Below, in pieces: positions 56,790-64,000 of a stretch of 64,000 nt of DNA (positions are counted from its first letter, which is position 1; each line of letters starts with the position of its first letter). This DNA comes from Longimicrobiales bacterium. GTDB lineage: Bacteria > Gemmatimonadota > Gemmatimonadetes > Longimicrobiales > Gaopeijiaceae. The stretch covers positions 3,136,001-3,200,000 of the forward strand of contig CBDFIQ010000002.1 of assembly GCA_965248195.1 (NCBI GenBank). Direction: 5' to 3'. Below the pieces are notes generated by a model. The model did not search any database. It was not told the DNA's origin and saw nothing but the letters and a program-made list of their open reading frames with translations. A program made the translations under genes and the position numbers.

Positions 56790-58607
56790 ATGCAGCCCAC
56801 CGACACCTCTCACCCCGATTACTACCACAAGGTCGTAGACTGCCAATGGGGGTGCCCGGCCCACACCCCGGTCCCTGAGTACATCCGATTGATCGGCCAG
56901 GGACGCTTCACAGAATCGTACATGCTGAACCGGGAGTCGAATGTTTTTCCGGGTGTTCTTGGAAGAACATGTGACCGCCCCTGTGAGCCGGTATGCCGGC
57001 GTGTCCGCGTCGAGGGCGAGCCCGTCGCAATATGCAGGCTCAAGCGCGTGGCCTCGGATCTGAGGGGCGATGTTGCAGACCTGCTCCCGAAGGTGCCGGA
57101 GGAAAAAAACGGCAAGCGTGTCGCGCTGATCGGAGCCGGACCCGCTTCATTGACCGTTGCCAACGACCTGATGCCGCTGGGATACGAGTGCGTGCTGTTC
57201 GAGAAGATGGATCGGCCCGGGGGCCTGATGCGGACCAACATTCCGTCGTTCCGTCTCCCCGGCAGCGTGTTGGACGAAGAGATCGACATGATCCTCGACA
57301 TGGGCGTAGAGGTGCACTATAGCCACCCCATCGACAGCCTCGAGAAGCTTCTGAACGAGGACGGATTCGACGCTGTCTTCATCGGCACGGGTGCGCCCAA
57401 GGGCAAGGAGCTCCGCATCCCGGGGCGAGATGAGGGTGCCGCCAACATCCACATTGGAATCGATTGGTTGGAGTCCGTCCACTTCGAGCACACCGACTCC
57501 ATCGGGGAGCGGGTGCTGATCATCGGCGTCGGAAATACCGCGATGGACTGCTGTAGGACATCGAAGCGAATCGGAGGGAAGGACGTCCGCGTCATCGCCC
57601 GAAAGGGTCGTCCTTACTTCAAGGCCTCAGCGTGGGAGCTCGATGACGCTGAAGAGGAACTCATCCAGATCGTCGAAAACCATTCGCCGACCCGGTTCGT
57701 GATCGAGGACGGACGGCTGGTGGGCATGGAGTTCGACATCGTCGAGTGGGCGCCCGACGAGAACGGCCGGCTCGTCAGCACCAAGCTCGATTCGACGCTG
57801 ATCCCTTGTGACGATGTGATCTTGGCGATCGGGCAGGACAACGCCTTCCCGTGGATCGAGCGCGACATCGGCATCGAGTTCAACGAGTGGGACATGCCGA
57901 CCGTCGATCGCACCACCTTCCAGACCACGCGTGACGGCGTGTTTGTCGGCGGAGATGCTGCCTGGGGCCCCGAGAACATCATTTGGGCCGTGGAGCATGG
58001 CCATCAAGCGGCCATCTCCATTCACGGGTTCTGTGAAGGAGAATCGCTCACAGACCGGCCGCCCTACGGCATGAACCTCGTCTCACAGAAGATGGGGCTT
58101 CACTCATGGAGTTACGGAAGCAGCTACGATGAATCCGAGCGCTCCAAGATGAGCCATGTCGATCTGGTAGAGCGTTTCAAGGCTCTCGAGGTCGAGGTCG
58201 AGTTGGGCTTCGATGCTGAGCAGACGGCCGTCGAGGTGGCCCGCTGCCTCAACTGTGATATACAGACCGAATTCACGTCGAGTCTCTGCATCGAGTGTGA
58301 CGCGTGTATCGACGTATGCCCCGTCTATTGCCTGACGATGACCCAGAACGAGCCGGAGGAGGAGCTCAGGCTTAACCTCACCGCCCCCGCCGAAAACACC
58401 GAACAGGACCTCTACGTATCGAGCGCTCTTCCGCAAACCGCTCGCGTGATGGTCAAGGACGAGGACCTGTGCGTGCACTGTGGATTGTGCGCGGAGCGCT
58501 GCCCCACCGCCGCGTGGGACATGCAGAAGTTCGACTTGCTCATCCCTTACGCCGGAAAGCCGACGTGGATCAAGACTCCCGAGACCGCACTGACGACTTC
58601 GTCGTAA
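56790..58607 (+). CDS. GltD-like FAD/NAD(P)H oxidoreductase with C-terminal 4Fe-4S ferredoxin domains
   Basis: CPAH, GRTCDRPCEPVC, GAGPA, GVGNTAMD, CIECDACIDVCP, CVHCGLCAERCP. Confidence 0.9.
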   Translation: MQPTDTSHPDYYHKVVDCQWGCPAHTPVPEYIRLIGQGRFTESYMLNRESNVFPGVLGRTCDRPCEPVCRRVRVEGEPVAICRLKRVASDLRGDVADLLPKVPEEKNGKRVALIGAGPASLTVANDLMPLGYECVLFEKMDRPGGLMRTNIPSFRLPGSVLDEEIDMILDMGVEVHYSHPIDSLEKLLNEDGFDAVFIGTGAPKGKELRIPGRDEGAANIHIGIDWLESVHFEHTDSIGERVLIIGVGNTAMDCCRTSKRIGGKDVRVIARKGRPYFKASAWELDDAEEELIQIVENHSPTRFVIEDGRLVGMEFDIVEWAPDENGRLVSTKLDSTLIPCDDVILAIGQDNAFPWIERDIGIEFNEWDMPTVDRTTFQTTRDGVFVGGDAAWGPENIIWAVEHGHQAAISIHGFCEGESLTDRPPYGMNLVSQKMGLHSWSYGSSYDESERSKMSHVDLVERFKALEVEVELGFDAEQTAVEVARCLNCDIQTEFTSSLCIECDACIDVCPVYCLTMTQNEPEEELRLNLTAPAENTEQDLYVSSALPQTARVMVKDEDLCVHCGLCAERCPTAAWDMQKFDLLIPYAGKPTWIKTPETALTTSS

Positions 58608-60406
58608 TTAACGACTTCGTCATAAAAGTCGCCACGGTCAACGGTACCGGCTCCGCCAGTGCGAACGGCATGCTCATGCAGGCCATCTTTCGCATGGGCG
58701 TGCCGGTCTCCGGAAAGAACGTGTTCCCCTCCAACATCCAAGGGCTACCGACTTGGTATGAAATCCGGGTGAACAAACACGGCCATGTGGCCCGTAGCCC
58801 GAACGTCGACCTGATGGTGGCGATGAACCCCAAGACGTACGAGCAGGATATTGCCGAGGTCCGCCCCGGGGCCGCTGTCCTCTACGATTCGAGTTGGCCC
58901 CTCGACGAGGAACTCCGACGCGCCGACGTGATGTTCCTGGGTATTCCTCTGTCGCACATGTGTGTGGAGAACTTCAAAGGTGCCCGCGAGCGCATCCTGA
59001 TGAAGAACATCGCATACGTGGGTGCCATGGCCGCACTTCTGTCCATCGATCTCGGGGTGATTGAAGAAATGCTGGGGGAGAAATTCAGCGCCAAACCGCA
59101 TTTGATGGACTCGAACAACATGGCCATCCGTCTGGGCTACGACTACGCGATGGAGCATTTCGACGGCCTGCTCCGGGTCCGGCTGGAGGCGATGGACGCG
59201 AATCGAGACTCCGTGTTGATGACCGGGAACATGGCCGCGGCTCTGGGCTGCGTGTACGCCGGTGCGACTGTGGCAGCGTGGTATCCGATCACGCCGGCGA
59301 CGTCCCTCATGGACTCGTTCCGGGGCTTCTGCGCGAGGCTCCGCAAGGATCCGGAGACCGGCAAGAACCTGTACTGCATCATCCAGGCGGAGGACGAACT
59401 CGCGGCGATCGGTATGGTGCTGGGCGCCGGCTGGATGGGTGCTCGTGCGTTTACGCCCACGAGCGGAGCCGGGCTCTCCTTGATGAACGAATTCCTCGGC
59501 CTGGCTTATTACGCCGAGATACCGGCCGTCATCTTCGACGTACAACGTGCGGGGCCCTCTACGGGCATGCCCACCCGCACCCAACAGGGGGACTTCTTCT
59601 CCCTCGCGTTCGCGTCCCACGGCGACACCAAACATGTCCTTCTGTTCCCGGGAGATCCGAGTGAGTGTTTCTACTTTGCCGTTGAGGCCTTCGACCTGGC
59701 CGAGCGGTTCCAGACGCCGGTGTTCGTAGTCTCCGATCTCGACATCGGCATGAACGACTGGGTGTGCAAGAAGCTCGAGTGGAATGATGCCTACGTGCCG
59801 GACCGTGGAAAGGTTCTTTCCGCGGAGGATCTTCAGGAGATGGATGTATTTTATCGGTACCTCGACGCCGACGGCGATGGTATCACAGCTCGGTCTCTGC
59901 CGGGTGTCGATCCCAAAGGGGCGTACTTCACCAGGGGCTCGGGGCACGACCGGTTCGGTCGCTACACCGAAGACGGAGATCTCTACCAGGACGTTGTCGA
60001 CCGGATCGCGAGGAAGATCGAGGGGGCAGCGGAGGCTCTGCCCGCTCCGGAGGTCCGCCTGGTCGAGGAAGCGACCGTCGGGCTCGTCACGGTGGGTGGT
60101 TGCCGGGGGGCCGTCCTGGAGGCGCTCGAGCTTCTAGCGGAGGAAGGGATCGCCCTCGATTTCTTGCGCGTAACGGGCTTCCCGTTCTCGACCGCCGTCG
60201 AGGAGTTCCTCCTTGCCCACGACATCAACATCGTTGTGGAGCAGAACCGCGACGGTCAACTCAGGAGGCTGCTCGTGCTGGAGACGGCCGTTCCGAAGAG
60301 CAGGCTCGCCTCCGTTCTGGACTACAAGGGGGCGCCCCTCAGCGCCGAGACGGTGGCCCGGGGTGTTCGGGATCGGTTGGGGCTCGTCCCCGTGGAAGCA
60401 GGGTAA
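58565..60406 (+). CDS. 2-oxoacid:acceptor oxidoreductase alpha subunit
   Basis: NGTGSAS, WYPITPA, QAEDELAA, QRAGPSTGMPT, VEQN; start uncertain. Confidence 0.9.
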   Translation: MDQDSRDRTDDFVVINDFVIKVATVNGTGSASANGMLMQAIFRMGVPVSGKNVFPSNIQGLPTWYEIRVNKHGHVARSPNVDLMVAMNPKTYEQDIAEVRPGAAVLYDSSWPLDEELRRADVMFLGIPLSHMCVENFKGARERILMKNIAYVGAMAALLSIDLGVIEEMLGEKFSAKPHLMDSNNMAIRLGYDYAMEHFDGLLRVRLEAMDANRDSVLMTGNMAAALGCVYAGATVAAWYPITPATSLMDSFRGFCARLRKDPETGKNLYCIIQAEDELAAIGMVLGAGWMGARAFTPTSGAGLSLMNEFLGLAYYAEIPAVIFDVQRAGPSTGMPTRTQQGDFFSLAFASHGDTKHVLLFPGDPSECFYFAVEAFDLAERFQTPVFVVSDLDIGMNDWVCKKLEWNDAYVPDRGKVLSAEDLQEMDVFYRYLDADGDGITARSLPGVDPKGAYFTRGSGHDRFGRYTEDGDLYQDVVDRIARKIEGAAEALPAPEVRLVEEATVGLVTVGGCRGAVLEALELLAEEGIALDFLRVTGFPFSTAVEEFLLAHDINIVVEQNRDGQLRRLLVLETAVPKSRLASVLDYKGAPLSAETVARGVRDRLGLVPVEAG

Positions 60407-60415
60407 AAGGGTTCA

Positions 60416-61471
60416 ATGACACAGACAGCCAAGCCGTCGGTCCGACACCCGGGTCTCCAACGGAACAAGCTCGGGTTGACTCGCCGGGATTACGAAGGGA
60501 CCCAGTCGACCCTCTGTGCCGGGTGCGGTCACGATTCTGTTACCGCGGCGATCATTCAGGCGTTCTTCGAGCTCGACATATCACCTCACCGGGTCGCGAA
60601 GCTCAGTGGGATCGGATGCTCGTCCAAGACGCCCACCTACTTTCTCAGTGAGGCCCACGGCTTCAACTCCCTCCATGGCCGTATGCCGTCTATCGCGACG
60701 GGTGCAAATGCGGCGAACAGCGACCTGTCCTACATCGGGGTTACCGGAGATGGCGATTCACTCTCCATCGGGCTGGGGGGTTTTTGCCACGCGATCCGCC
60801 GCAACGTGAATGTACTTTTCATGTTGGAGAACAATGGTGTGTACGGACTGACCAAGGGTCAGTTTTCGGCGTCGGCGGATGTGGGCAGCACGGCCAAACG
60901 CGGTGAGGAGAACCAGATGCGTCCCATCGATCCAGCGTCGATGGCGCTGACCCTGGGTGCCTCTTTTGTCGCGCGGAGCTTCTCCGGAGACAAGAAGCAG
61001 TTGGTGCCTTTGATCAAGGCCGGGCTGACTCACCAGGGCTTCGCTCTAGTGGACGTGATCTCTCCGTGCGTGACTTTCAACGACCACGAGGGCTCCACCA
61101 AGAGCTACGCCCACACGCGCGAGCACGGACATGAGGTGGTGGAGACGGATTTCGTTCCGCTAATGCACGAGATTCAGGCCAAGCAGGATCACGGAGCGGC
61201 GACCGCGGTGACGATGCACGATGGGAGCGTCGTGCGGTTCAGATCGGTGGATGAGCACTACGACCCGACCGATAGGGACGCGGCGTATGCCCATCTCAAG
61301 GAGCTCCAGGCGCGGGGAGAGGTGGCCACGGGCCTTCTTTTCATCGAGCCCAAGAGTATGGACTTGCACGCGTTCGAGAATACGGTGGATCAGCCCCTCG
61401 TAGGTGTGCCATTCGAGAAGCTGTGCCCCGGGAGTGCGGCGCTGACGGAGCTACAGTCCTACTGGCGTTGA
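60416..61471 (+). CDS. 2-oxoacid:ferredoxin oxidoreductase beta subunit
   Basis: LCAGCGH, SGIGCSS, HGR, GDGD, NGVYGLTKGQ, SPCVTFN. Confidence 0.92.
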   Translation: MTQTAKPSVRHPGLQRNKLGLTRRDYEGTQSTLCAGCGHDSVTAAIIQAFFELDISPHRVAKLSGIGCSSKTPTYFLSEAHGFNSLHGRMPSIATGANAANSDLSYIGVTGDGDSLSIGLGGFCHAIRRNVNVLFMLENNGVYGLTKGQFSASADVGSTAKRGEENQMRPIDPASMALTLGASFVARSFSGDKKQLVPLIKAGLTHQGFALVDVISPCVTFNDHEGSTKSYAHTREHGHEVVETDFVPLMHEIQAKQDHGAATAVTMHDGSVVRFRSVDEHYDPTDRDAAYAHLKELQARGEVATGLLFIEPKSMDLHAFENTVDQPLVGVPFEKLCPGSAALTELQSYWR

Positions 61472-61487
61472 CGCTGGGGAGACGGTC

Positions 61488-61928
61488 ATGGGAAAGTTGG
61501 AGGCGATCTGGCTCAAGCGGGTCCCTGGAGGGCCGATGGATCCAGTCGATGAGGCCGTTGCGGTGGAGGGCCGGGGACTCGAGGGTGGCGCGGAGTTCGA
61601 TGGCGCCCGGCAGGTGACGCTGATCGAATGTGAGGTCTTCGACCGTCTCAAGGCCGAAGTCGACGACTCCGTGGAGCCGGTGATGCGCCGTGCAAACCTC
61701 CTGGTGTCCGGGATACGGCTGGAGGATAGTCGTGACCGGACGCTCGCCGTCGGGGACCTACGGATTCGCATCCATGGCGAAACCCGTCCCTGCGGACAGA
61801 TGGAGGACGCGTGTGAGGGCCTCATGGACGCCCTCGATCCCCACTGGAGCGGTGGGGCTCACGGGAGCGTTGTGAACGACGCCACCATCGCGGTCGGTGA
61901 CGAGGTGCTCTGGGAGGAATCCGGGTAG
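61488..61928 (+). CDS. MOSC domain protein
   Basis: RQVTLI, RRANLLVSG, ETRPCGQM, IAVGD. Confidence 0.85.
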   Translation: MGKLEAIWLKRVPGGPMDPVDEAVAVEGRGLEGGAEFDGARQVTLIECEVFDRLKAEVDDSVEPVMRRANLLVSGIRLEDSRDRTLAVGDLRIRIHGETRPCGQMEDACEGLMDALDPHWSGGAHGSVVNDATIAVGDEVLWEESG

Positions 61929-61932
61929 GCTG

Positions 61933-63723
<1,791 letters not shown>

Positions 63724-63786
63724 CTATACGAAAACCGCCGCGGCGTGGGGCCGGACGGCCTTTCCGATGGTGTCTGATGCAATCAT

Positions 63787-63866
63787 GCCGCGCTCCCTAC
63801 GCCGGTGTCAGCCGGGTCAGGTTCCAAGGGACTCTCTCAACCCTATTTTGGGGTACCCCTGGCGGT
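63787..63866 (-). ncRNA. TPP riboswitch upstream of thiC
   Basis: Minus strand ggggtacc...ttgagagagtcccttggaacctgacccggctgacaccggcgtagggag fits the TPP aptamer layout. Confidence 0.88.
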
Positions 63867-64000
63867 TCACGAGAAAGATACTCGGACGGGTCTCAACCGC
63901 AAATCTCTGGTGAGGTGCCGGCGAAGTGGTCGAAATGGAGTCGAGAGTGGCCGCTTTCGGGCAACCCGGGATCCTGCACCACGTTAGGGGACTGCCCGAC

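Noticed and set aside
56790..58607. Glutamate synthase small subunit gltD
   Set aside because: No gltB adjacent; extra ferredoxin domain and linkage to 2-oxoacid oxidoreductase genes

Overview
GC-rich bacterial chromosomal segment, probably Gemmatimonadota. This is inferred from the [16 protein letters not shown] Ser/Thr-kinase N-terminus, the DUF5916/CBM9 paralogs and the many signal-peptide enzymes. 1-37.8 kb is a patchwork of mostly exported enzymes: ankyrin protein, BCAT, nitroreductase, amidohydrolase, four PAL-like NHL propellers (a fifth at 42 kb), cyclase, a cytochrome c/PHM-type copper monooxygenase, an 8-heme cytochrome c with a membrane partner, and PQQ dehydrogenases. The standout is an unannotated gene pair at 7943-10686. 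The first gene carries both PmoC/AmoC copper-site motifs with exact spacing (DxxxH-x12-H and DxxxH-x13-H), fused to a PmoA-like half. The second has PmoB-like architecture (signal peptide, N-terminal His, HxH, two TM helices, His-rich soluble domains). Together they suggest a highly divergent two-gene copper membrane monooxygenase-like system. 37.8-41.7 kb is a mirror-symmetric scar of attC-like sites, shared junction motifs and promoter-like repeats around a truncated IS481 and an IS256. 45.3-51.5 kb is a self-contained second type II fatty-acid cluster with FabA, ACP, acyltransferase and PPTase. The right end holds an APC-PTS IIA-RCK_C transporter, a MITE plus Kup remnant, a GltD-like/2-oxoacid oxidoreductase operon, and thiC with a TPP riboswitch. 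No rRNA, tRNA or CRISPR array was seen. All assignments come from motif reading by eye; no searches were run.
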